Of a DNA stretch of 25,490 nt, positions 1 to 7,764 are shown piece by piece. The notes below the pieces were generated by a model. The model made no database searches and had not been told where the DNA came from. It was given only the letters and a program-made list of their open reading frames with translations. Source of the stretch: Myxococcota bacterium (GTDB lineage Bacteria; Myxococcota_A; UBA796; SXON01); the NCBI GenBank assembly GCA_040386535.1, contig JAZKFH010000070.1, forward strand, positions 1 to 25,490, in the 5' to 3' direction. The position numbers and the translations under genes are program-made. Position 1 is the stretch's first letter; each line of letters begins with the position of its first letter.

Positions 1-116
1 GGCCGCGCGCGGGCAGGCAGGGCGGATCGCGTCCCGGTGCGGGGAGGGGGTGGTTGTCGCGGACCCCGAGGATGTCGTCTCCCTCGACTGATCCAGCCAC
101 TGGGAGCCGGGCGCCT

Positions 117-160
117 TGTGATCCCCCTGTGATCCCCCTGTGATCCCCCTGTGATCCCCC
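117..160. repeat. Perfect 11-bp tandem repeat (TGTGATCCCCC) x4
   Basis: Exact copies start at 117, 128, 139 and 150, about 120 bp upstream of the TetR gene. Confidence 0.95.
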
Positions 161-246
161 TCGACACCGTGACCGAGGAAGACGCTCGGCCGCGGCCAGC
201 AGACGCGAGTGGACGACGGGAGCCTTTCAGCGACGCTCCTATGATC

Positions 247-278
247 TTGCCGAGGCATCTTAGCGATGCTAAGATGCC
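247..278 (+). promoter_or_regulatory. Sigma70-type promoter overlapped by a palindromic operator (probable TetR autoregulatory site)
   Basis: -35 TTGCCG (247-252), 17-bp spacer, extended -10 TG-c-TAAGAT (267-275). Perfect inverted repeat GGCATCTTAGC-gat-GCTAAGATGCC (254-278). Confidence 0.85.
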
Positions 279-281
279 CTC

Positions 282-887
282 ATGGAAGGACCCCTGACCC
301 CGCGCCGCCGCCTCAAGCCCGGCTACCACCACGGCAACCTCCAGCAAGCGGCGCTGCGGCGCGGCCGCGAGCTCGTCGCGCTGTTCGGGCCCGACGCGCT
401 CACCCTTCGTGGCCTCGCGCGCGAGCTCGGCGTCACGGCCACCGCGCTGGTCTACCACTTCGGCTCACGGGCGGGGCTGCGGTCCGCGGTCGCGGCGTCG
501 GTGCTCGCGGACCTCGAGAAGGCCGCCTTTGCCGAGGCCATCGGCGCAGCGCGCGCGTCGCCGGAGGTGGTCGGCAAGGCCTGGGTCGCCTACGCCGAGA
601 AGAACCCCTTTCTGTACCGGCTCGCGTCAGGAGAAGGCTGGCGTGACCAGCCCCGGGTGCCCACCGGGGTCGACGCGGGCCCGCTGAAGGTGCCCTCTCC
701 CCGCCGGGTTCTCCAGGCCGCGTTCGCGCGGCGCACGCGTCGCCTCGGGCTCCCCGGGGGGGACGCGGCGCGGGCCGACCTGTTCTCGTTCAGCATCCAC
801 GGACTGGCGCTGGGTCGGTTGGACGGGGCCGGCCGGGACGCCGTGGCCCACGCGTTGGGACAGCTGGCACAGGCGCCCGCGGGCTGA
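282..887 (+). CDS. TetR/AcrR family transcriptional regulator (WHG-type C-terminus)
   Basis: N-terminal YHHGNL...LTLRGLARELGVTATALVYHFGSRAGL HTH. C-terminal AYAEKNPFLYRL and FSIHGLA resemble WHG-domain TetRs. Confidence 0.9.
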   Translation: MEGPLTPRRRLKPGYHHGNLQQAALRRGRELVALFGPDALTLRGLARELGVTATALVYHFGSRAGLRSAVAASVLADLEKAAFAEAIGAARASPEVVGKAWVAYAEKNPFLYRLASGEGWRDQPRVPTGVDAGPLKVPSPRRVLQAAFARRTRRLGLPGGDAARADLFSFSIHGLALGRLDGAGRDAVAHALGQLAQAPAG

Positions 888-999
888 CTTCGCGCTTCTC
901 TTCTCGTCCGAGGGTGCTGCGACGCGGGAGGGTCCACGACCCGGGGGACCGGACCGCCGCGACGGCCCCCCCAGGTCCTACCCGAGTCACGATGCTCAG

Positions 1000-1068
1000 C
1001 GGCCGGGGTCGGCGCCGCCGGGATCCGCATCAACCCGCCGGTGCCGCGGGCGCCGGGGACCCCGGCCG
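1000..1068. terminator. GC-rich inverted repeat between convergent genes (possible terminator or stability hairpin)
   Basis: CGGCCGGGGTC (1000-1010) pairs with GACCCCGGCCG (1058-1068), with further inner pairing. No U-tract. Confidence 0.35.
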
Positions 1069-1099
1069 GGCGCGGTTCGAGACCCTATTCCTCGCCCCC

Positions 1100-2590
1100 C
1101 TACTCCTCGTCCCCCTCCTCCTCGCCCCCCTCCTCCTCGACCCCGGGCGTCCAGTACCCGCGCTCCCGCAGCCCGGCGCGGATCGCCTCGGGCACCGGTG
1201 CCCCGGGCTGGGTGGCGGGGACGAGGCCCGCGCGCCACGTCACGAGCTGGGCGCGGAGGCGCTCGGCCTCTACGATGGTGATGCCGTCGGCCTCGTCGGT
1301 CACCGCGTCCAGCGCCCGCGTCGCGAGGTCGGGGGCGCCGTGAGCGAGGCCGACGTCGTCCAGGGTCAGGCGCGTGGTGCTGTCCCAGGCGCTGACCTGG
1401 TCCATCACGCCCTCGGCGAACAATACGTCTGCGTCCGGACGATCCTGGAGCGCCGGGGCCGACACGCCCGCGGGGAGGGCGCCGCCGATCGCGCGGAGGA
1501 CCGTCGGCACCACGCTGCGTAGGTCGACGCGACCGGCGGGGCGTTCGCCGCCACCGAAGCCGGGCCCCGCGACGACGAGCGGGACGTGCAGCGTGGAGTC
1601 CCAGAGGCCGGCGCGATGGTTGGTGTAGCCGTGGTCGAGCAGGTCCTCGCCGTGGTCGGACACCACGACGACGAGCGTGCGCGACAGATCGACCCCGGCG
1701 AGCAGCACGCCCAGCCACACGTCGGCGTAGGTCAGGCCGGTGTCGTAGTGGTCGCGCAGGTGGGCGACCTCGGTGTCGGTCAGCGTCACGTGGCGCTCGC
1801 CGGGGCGGGGCTCGGCGGGGAGGCGGTAGAAGTCGGTGCCGAGCACGGCGCGGCCGACGGCGTGGGTGAAGTCGGTGGGCGCGCGATCCTGGAACCACGT
1901 GCGCCCGCGGAGCTGCTCCACGCCGACGGGATCGGCCACCAGCGCCTCCACGCGCTCGGTGGTCCCGGCGCGCCCCCACACGTGCGCCATGGGCCCGCGC
2001 TGGACGTAGGGCGCGTGCGCGTCGTAGCCGTGCACGAAGGCGAACCACGGCGTGTCGCCCTGCGCGCGCATCCACGCGAGGGCCGGCGGGACGGTGTCGA
2101 AGAAGGAGCCGAAACGGTCGCCGTCGACGGAACGGAAGTGTCCGAAGCCCTCGTCGAAGCCGAACGCGGCGACCACGTGGCCGCCGCCGGTGAACGCCGC
2201 GGTCCGGTAGCCGTAGGCGCCGAGCACGGTCGCGAGCGTCGGCACGCCACCGTCCTCGGCGCGCGGGAGGGCAAAGCTGGCGTAGTCGTGAATGGCGACT
2301 TCGCTCGGATACCGCCCGGTGAACAGCGCGGCGTGGCTCGTGAGCGACTCGTTGGCGACCGCGTACGCGTTCGGCCAGGACACGCCGACCGACGCGAGCG
2401 CGGCGAGGTTTGGCGTGGTGTCACGGGCGCCGCCCCGTGAAGAAGCGGCGAGGGAGGTGCGGTCCGCGCGGACGGTGTCCATCGACACGAGGAGGACGTT
2501 CGGGGGGCGGGGCGTGTCCGCCGCCCCAGACGGCGCCCCAGACGGCGGCTCCGGGTTGGCAGGCGCACACGCCAGCAAGAGCGGGATCAG
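1100..2590 (-). CDS. Sulfatase-like hydrolase/transferase (alkaline phosphatase superfamily), probable lipoprotein
   Basis: Motifs PNVLLVSMDTVRAD, NESLTSHAALFTG, WFAFVHGYDAHAPY, VVVSDHGE, LHVPLVV and C-terminal LRERGYW. Start inferred as CTG at 2590 overlapping the upstream TGA, giving MIPLLLAC; the track start at 2818 would overlap the upstream gene by about 230 bp. Confidence 0.88.
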   Translation of the reverse strand: MIPLLLACAPANPEPPSGAPSGAADTPRPPNVLLVSMDTVRADRTSLAASSRGGARDTTPNLAALASVGVSWPNAYAVANESLTSHAALFTGRYPSEVAIHDYASFALPRAEDGGVPTLATVLGAYGYRTAAFTGGGHVVAAFGFDEGFGHFRSVDGDRFGSFFDTVPPALAWMRAQGDTPWFAFVHGYDAHAPYVQRGPMAHVWGRAGTTERVEALVADPVGVEQLRGRTWFQDRAPTDFTHAVGRAVLGTDFYRLPAEPRPGERHVTLTDTEVAHLRDHYDTGLTYADVWLGVLLAGVDLSRTLVVVVSDHGEDLLDHGYTNHRAGLWDSTLHVPLVVAGPGFGGGERPAGRVDLRSVVPTVLRAIGGALPAGVSAPALQDRPDADVLFAEGVMDQVSAWDSTTRLTLDDVGLAHGAPDLATRALDAVTDEADGITIVEAERLRAQLVTWRAGLVPATQPGAPVPEAIRAGLRERGYWTPGVEEEGGEEEGDEE

Positions 2591-4248
2591 GGCGCGGCGC
2601 CGTCGAGGAAGAGGAAACGGTCGGCACAGATGGTGTCGGCGTGATCGGGATGCGGCTTTGCACGGCGCGGCTTCTCCACCGCGACCCCCGCGACCTCGGC
2701 CCCGCCCTCGGACCCCTCCGCTCCCCAGTACCCATGCGCCCGCAGGCTGGCCGCCGTCTCCGGCGAGACCTGGTCCTGCGGCAAGGTGTAGTCGCCCATC
2801 CGCAGGGCCGATCGCCATGCCACGAGCTTGTCCCGCAGCGCGGCGGTGGTGGCGGGATCGTCGCGATGCACGTCGCGTAGCTCGCCCGGATCGGCGCGCA
2901 GGTCGAACAGCTCGAAGTGGGGGCCGTCGAGGGCGGCCGCGGCCAGCACAGCCACGTAGTCAGGGGCCTCGAGGGGGGCGTCCCGGTAGACGAGCCGGTG
3001 CGTGGCCGTGCGCACCGTGACCATGTCCATGACCCCCTCGGCGAACACGGCGTCCACGGGATCCTCGCCGCGGGCCACCGCGCGCAGATCGCGCCCGCCG
3101 CTGCCGGCCGGAGGCGACGCGCGCCCCAACGCGAGGAGGGTGGCGGCGACGTCGCGGCCGTCCACGAGCGCGTCCACGCGGCGGTTGGCCTCGAAGCCGG
3201 GCCCCCACGCGACCATCGGCACGCGCGTGCAGCTGTCGGTGAGGCAGGTGCGGTGGTTCATGAAGCCGTGGTCGAGCAGGTCCTCGCCGTGGTCGGAGAG
3301 CACGATGACCACGGTGTTGTCGAGGTCCCCGCGGGCCTGGAGCGTCGCGAGCGTCTGGCCCATCAACGTGTCCGCGTAGAGCAGGGCGCCGTCGTAGTGG
3401 TCCTTCACGTGCCGCCGATCCGCGTCGGTGATGGCGACGCGCGCGGTGCCCGGCGGCGGCGCTTCGAGGCGGGCGTAGCTCTCGGGCGCGAGGATCTGCG
3501 ACCCGCCGGTGTGGGTGAACCAGCTCGGCGTGAGCTCGGGGAAGAACGTGTCGCCCAGGACCATCTCGGAGATGCACGGGCTCTTCGCCATCAGCTCCGC
3601 GATGCGACTGCCGGCGCCGCCGGGCCCCGCGCCCTCGGCGTCCGCGGCGAACACGTGGTCCCAGGGCCCGGGCCGGCTGTAGGGGCGGTGCGCGTCGTAT
3701 CCGTGGAGGAACACGAACCACGGCCGCGCCTCTTCCGCCGCGGCGATCCACTGGAGCGCGGCGGGGGTGGTGTCGAACAGGGAGGCGAAGCCCGACTTGG
3801 CGGAGGCGTGGTCCCAGCCCTGGTCGAAGCCGAACTCGGGGGTGACGTGGCCGCCGGCCGAGAACATCGCGGTCTGGTAGCCGTAGGCCTGGAGCGCCTC
3901 GGACACGAACGTGGCGCCGGGGGGGATGCCGTACGTCTCGTAGACGGGCTCGGCCAATTCCGAGGCGTAGCGCCCGGTGAAGAAGGCCGCGTGCGACCAC
4001 GCGCTCTCGTTGCCCTGGCTGAAGGCGTGCGTGAACGCGGTGCCCTCGCGGGCGAGCACGGCGAGGACGGGCGTCGTGTCGCGGATGACACCGCCGCCGC
4101 CCGGCACGGCGCTCGCCACGCCGCTCGCCATACCAAAGGGCGTGGTGTGGTCCGCGCGCACGGTGTCGAGCGAGATCAGGAGCACGTTGGGCGGCCGGTC
4201 GAGTGGCGGGGGTGGCGCGGGCGCGCAGCCGGCGAGGAGCCACATCAT
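2587..4248 (-). CDS. Sulfatase-like hydrolase/transferase, probable lipoprotein (paralog of 1100-2590)
   Basis: MMWLLAGC start in an ATGA overlap with the upstream stop. Motifs PNVLLISLDTVRAD, NESAWSHAAFFTG, WFVFLHGYDAHRPY, IVLSDHGE, ELFDLRADPGE, LRAHGYW. Confidence 0.9.
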   Translation of the reverse strand: MMWLLAGCAPAPPPPLDRPPNVLLISLDTVRADHTTPFGMASGVASAVPGGGGVIRDTTPVLAVLAREGTAFTHAFSQGNESAWSHAAFFTGRYASELAEPVYETYGIPPGATFVSEALQAYGYQTAMFSAGGHVTPEFGFDQGWDHASAKSGFASLFDTTPAALQWIAAAEEARPWFVFLHGYDAHRPYSRPGPWDHVFAADAEGAGPGGAGSRIAELMAKSPCISEMVLGDTFFPELTPSWFTHTGGSQILAPESYARLEAPPPGTARVAITDADRRHVKDHYDGALLYADTLMGQTLATLQARGDLDNTVVIVLSDHGEDLLDHGFMNHRTCLTDSCTRVPMVAWGPGFEANRRVDALVDGRDVAATLLALGRASPPAGSGGRDLRAVARGEDPVDAVFAEGVMDMVTVRTATHRLVYRDAPLEAPDYVAVLAAAALDGPHFELFDLRADPGELRDVHRDDPATTAALRDKLVAWRSALRMGDYTLPQDQVSPETAASLRAHGYWGAEGSEGGAEVAGVAVEKPRRAKPHPDHADTICADRFLFLDGAAP

Positions 4249-5099
4249 CGGCGACGCCGACGCCGACGGCGGCCCCGCAGCTCGATCCACGTGCCCGCGA
4301 CGAGGCCGACGCCGAGGATGCCGGCGTAGAGGGGCCAGCCGTCGAGGAGGGAGGACTCGGGGGCGCCCGGAGCGGCCGCGGGCGGGGTTTCCGCGGGCGA
4401 AGCTGCCGCGGGCGAAGCTGCCGCCGGCGGCGCCGTCGTCAACGCGCTTGCGCTCGGGGGCGCTCCCCGCGCCGCGCCGCCGATCGGCACCGACCCCACG
4501 TGCGCCGCGAGCACCCCGTCCGCGCCCAGCGCGAGCGGCGCCGCGGTGTTGGCGGTGGCGGCGTCGAAGCGGGCGTCTCCGCTCCACGTCGCGGTGCCCG
4601 CCCGCACGCGCACGGGCACGGCTCCGGGCGCCGGGACCGACGCGAGGCCGGAGTACACGCCATCGCCGGCCGCGATGTCCACGCCTTCGCCCCCATCGTT
4701 CAGGGACACCGCCGTGGCGCCGCCGATCTCCATCGCGAGGATCGGCGCCGGGGCGCCATCGGGGCGCGCGCGCCGGGCGAGGTCGACCACCTGCACGAGC
4801 ATCTCGGGCTCGCCCGAGCGCTCGCCGCGCCCGTCGGGTTTGCCGCGCCCGTCGGGCTCTCCGCGGAGGGGCCGCGGCTGGGTCACCTTCACCCAGGCGG
4901 TCAGCTCGTCCTGGTCGATGCCGCCGCTCGCGTCCTGGTCGATCGAGGCGAAGTTCGCCGCCGTGTCGAAGCGCGTGTACTCGGGCTCGCTGATCGTGCC
5001 GTTCCCGTCGGCGTCGAAGCGGGCGAGCACCCCCGCGAACACCTCCGCCTCGGTAGGCAGCCCGGTCGCGAGCCCCGGGGCGAAGAGGAGGAGCCACAT
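4245..5099 (-). CDS. Secreted, C-terminally anchored protein with two EF-hands and a choice-of-anchor-X-like motif
   Basis: Short hydrophobic N-terminus; EF loops DADGNGTISEPE and DQDASGGIDQDE; LNDGGEGVDIAAGDGVYSG motif; Ala/Pro linker; TM helix followed by RGRRRRRRR. ATG 5099 preferred over GTG 5105. Confidence 0.8.
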   Translation of the reverse strand: MWLLLFAPGLATGLPTEAEVFAGVLARFDADGNGTISEPEYTRFDTAANFASIDQDASGGIDQDELTAWVKVTQPRPLRGEPDGRGKPDGRGERSGEPEMLVQVVDLARRARPDGAPAPILAMEIGGATAVSLNDGGEGVDIAAGDGVYSGLASVPAPGAVPVRVRAGTATWSGDARFDAATANTAAPLALGADGVLAAHVGSVPIGGAARGAPPSASALTTAPPAAASPAAASPAETPPAAAPGAPESSLLDGWPLYAGILGVGLVAGTWIELRGRRRRRRRR

Positions 5100-5106
5100 C
5101 TGCACG

Positions 5107-5115
5107 ACGCTATCA
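5107..5115 (-). promoter_or_regulatory. Extended -10 element for a leaderless transcript of the EF-hand/sulfatase genes
   Basis: Minus strand reads TG-a-TAGCGT-cgtgcag-ATG(5099); no Shine-Dalgarno. Confidence 0.55.
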
Positions 5116-5154
5116 CTGTTTCCGCGGGGAGCGGTGCCGTTGCTACCGCTGCCC

Positions 5155-5916
5155 CTACCGGTCCCGGAGGCGCAGCATCCCGACCGCCACGCCCAGGCTC
5201 ACCACCGTGAACCCCCCGAGGACCGCCAGATCGAGCCCGAGCGGAAAGTCGGGCACCCACCGTCCCGCGCTCGTGGCGGGCACGAGGAGGTGCTTGAGCG
5301 CGTCGATGCCGTACGTGGCGGGGTTCAGGCGCGCGAGGAGGCGGAGCCACGGCGGGAATTCCATGATGGGGAAGTGCACGCCGCTGATGAAGAGCATGGG
5401 GATGGAGAACAGCAACATCAGGGTGTTGAAGTCCTCGTAGGTGCGCGTGCGCGACGCGACGGTGAGCGAGAGCGCCGAGAGCGCCACGGCGAGCAGCGCG
5501 ACGATGCCGACGGCCCCGAGCAGCTCCACGGGGGAGAGCCACACGCCCACGAGCGGCGCGGCGAGCAGGAACACGAGCCCGTGCGCGAGCGCCTGCGCGG
5601 CCGAGCCCGCCACCTTGCCGAGCGCGACCCAGGCGGGTGGCACCGGCGCGAGGGTGAGCACCTTGAGGAAGCCGAACTCGCGGTCCCACAACAGCGACGA
5701 CGCGCTGGTGTTGGCGGAGAAGATCATCGCCTGCACGAGCATGCCGCCGAGCAGGAACTTCCGGTACACGTCGCCGGCGCGCATCATCGATTCGGCGGCG
5801 GCCCCGAAGAACACGAGGATGACCACGGGCGCCACCACCGCGCCGAGCAGCCGCCCGCGCTGCCGCCAGAAGCGGAGGACGTCGCGCCACGCGAGCAGGC
5901 CGATGGTGCGCATCAT
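5155..5916 (-). CDS. ABC-2 type exporter permease (DrrB-like)
   Basis: MMRTIGLLAWRDVLRFWRQR; about six hydrophobic segments; DREFGFLKVLTLAP, FISGVHFP and LNPATYGIDALK motifs; ATGA overlap with the upstream gene. Confidence 0.92.
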   Translation of the reverse strand: MMRTIGLLAWRDVLRFWRQRGRLLGAVVAPVVILVFFGAAAESMMRAGDVYRKFLLGGMLVQAMIFSANTSASSLLWDREFGFLKVLTLAPVPPAWVALGKVAGSAAQALAHGLVFLLAAPLVGVWLSPVELLGAVGIVALLAVALSALSLTVASRTRTYEDFNTLMLLFSIPMLFISGVHFPIMEFPPWLRLLARLNPATYGIDALKHLLVPATSAGRWVPDFPLGLDLAVLGGFTVVSLGVAVGMLRLRDR

Positions 5917-7070
5917 CGGGGCGCCGCCGCGGTCTGGGAGACCGGGTGCAACAGATCGATCGCGAGGTCGTCCAAGCGGATGCGCGTCCGGATGCGGGCG
6001 CGCCCGTCGCGGAAGGCCTCCCAGCCGCCGCGGCCGCCGTTGGCGAGGTAGTCGATGGTCGCGACGCGCCAGTCCCGCGCGGGGAGGGGGCTCGGGAGGG
6101 GGCTCCGCGTCGCCACCAGGAGGTGCTTGGTGCCGTCCTCGGCGCCCTGCGCCAGGATCGCGGCGAGCTGCGCGCTGTCGAACGTCTGGAGCACGATCTC
6201 GTTCTGGAACGGCAGCGCCTTCTCGAGCGCGAGCAGGTCCACGCGCTCGGAGAGCCCGGCGCGGAGCGCGAGGTGGTTGAACAGCGCCACGTCGGCGCCC
6301 GTGGCGGCGAGCATGCGGTCGAGCAGCGCGCGGCCCAGCCCCGAGTGGCCGAGGTGGATCGTGTCGTGATCCAGGCCGGGCGGCGCGTCGCCGAGGGCGG
6401 TGGGGGCGCCGGCCGGCGCGTCGCGCATCGGGATGTCGACCGCGGTGCCGGTGAGGGCCACGCCGCCGGCCCCGCGCACCTCGAGCAGGCGCACCTCGAG
6501 CACGCCGACCCGGCTGCGGCTGTCGATCCACGGGGCGACGAGGCCGCCGCCGCCGCTGACCTCGCCGCCGTCGGGCACCCCGTCTCCGTACGCGCCGGGC
6601 AGCACCGCGAGCGGGCGGTCCACCGCGTCCTCCAGCGCGGCGAGCACGGTCGACGGCGCCTCTTGGGAGGCCACGATCACCAGCGCAACGTCGCCCGCGT
6701 TCGCCAGGGCCGGTGCCACCGCGGCGAGCCCGCCCACGGGCACCTCGGCGATCGCCACGCGCTGCCCCGCCACGTCCTCGATCCGCAGTGCGAATGCATC
6801 TGCGTCCGCACGCACCCGCACCGTGGACCGCCACCCGCGCGCCCCCTCGATGCGGGCGATCAGCGCGTCGACGTCGGCGCGCACGGCCCACCCGGTGCGT
6901 CCGGAGCGCGGGTGCCGCACGGTGTGTTCGATCACGCCGGCGGTCCACACCACGACGAGCGGCGGCTCGCGGTCGGCGGCGCGCACCTGCAGCATCACGA
7001 CGTAGGCCGCGGCGAGCAGGAGGAGGGCGGCCATCCCGACGGATCGGAGCAGGCGTCGCGGCGGCGGCAT
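5913..7070 (-). CDS. Exported or membrane-anchored protein with a 5'-nucleotidase C-terminal domain and a degenerate N-terminal domain
   Basis: MPPPRRLLRS plus a hydrophobic helix. C-terminal ATGADVALFN..LRAGL...ALPFQNEIV...RVATIDYLANGGRGG is typical of 5_nucleotid_C. No DxH/GD/GNHE metallophosphatase motifs visible. Confidence 0.72.
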   Translation of the reverse strand: MPPPRRLLRSVGMAALLLLAAAYVVMLQVRAADREPPLVVVWTAGVIEHTVRHPRSGRTGWAVRADVDALIARIEGARGWRSTVRVRADADAFALRIEDVAGQRVAIAEVPVGGLAAVAPALANAGDVALVIVASQEAPSTVLAALEDAVDRPLAVLPGAYGDGVPDGGEVSGGGGLVAPWIDSRSRVGVLEVRLLEVRGAGGVALTGTAVDIPMRDAPAGAPTALGDAPPGLDHDTIHLGHSGLGRALLDRMLAATGADVALFNHLALRAGLSERVDLLALEKALPFQNEIVLQTFDSAQLAAILAQGAEDGTKHLLVATRSPLPSPLPARDWRVATIDYLANGGRGGWEAFRDGRARIRTRIRLDDLAIDLLHPVSQTAAAPR

Positions 7071-7282
7071 GGCGGCTTTGTAGCCGAAGGGGACGGCGGG
7101 GGCACCTTTGGGGGCGGGGCGGGCCGGCGGCGGGCGGCCCGGCGGCGGGGACGCCGCCGTCGGGTCGGCTCCAGGCTTCGCTGCGCTCGGTTCGTCCGCG
7201 CGCGGCGCGCGGCCGGAACCGGCCGGGCAGGGCCCGGCCGCCTTGCGCGCCCCTGCCGCGGGGGTGGGTTCACGGGGTCGCC

Positions 7283-7523
7283 GTGGCGAGTTGCTGGACT
7301 CCGCGTCCAGCAACGCCGGACCTGACCGTCAGGTGGCGCGTTGCTGGACTCCACCGCGGGCGAGCCGCGCCGATCACCGTCCGAGGTCGTGGGATAGGGG
7401 TTCATCCCTGGACTTCGGACGGAGATAGCGTCCGAAATCCATGGATGCACGGTCATCCCCTCACCCGGACGGACATAGCGTCCGAGGTCGGGGGATAGGA
7501 GTTCATCCCTCGACCTCGGGCGG
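7283..7523. repeat. REP/BIME-like cluster of ~50-bp palindromic units
   Basis: GTGGCGnGTTGCTGGACTCC at 7283 and 7333, with a perfect 10-bp stem at 7290-7314. Three CGTCCGA...CGG(A/G)CG palindromic units at 7378, 7429 and 7479, joined by GA(G/C)ATAG linkers. Confidence 0.8.
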
Positions 7524-7764
7524 TCCCGCGCCAAGGGCGCGGAGGGCAGCCGCCTCGGGCGGCTGGTCCGGCCGGGCGGCGGTTGATCTCGACGCTGTCG
7601 CCGAAGCCTGTTCGCCCGGCCGACCAAGCGGCTCCGCCGCGCGCCCGGAGCCGACCTGCCCCGCGTCCGCGCGGGGGGCGCCCCCAGCCCGCCCCCGAGC
7701 CCCCCGGACCCCCGACACCACCCCCCCCGCGTCAGGTAGGATCCGCCCTCACGAACGAGCGACC

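Noticed and set aside
2587..5097. 836-aa sulfatase with a long N-terminal extension (similar extensions on track ORFs 5155-6948, 7441-10527, 15737-19015, 18755-20353, 20360-22315)
   Set aside because: The extensions are off-frame read-through of neighbouring genes or intergenic DNA; the true starts are marked by stop/start overlaps, RBSs or signal peptides.
7377..7523. CRISPR array
   Set aside because: Units are ~44-bp divergent palindromes with near-identical 7-nt linkers; there are no unique spacers and no cas genes.
7675..7730. C-run tract (potential G-quadruplex on the minus strand) upstream of the STAND gene
   Set aside because: Such runs are expected by chance at this GC content; no independent support.
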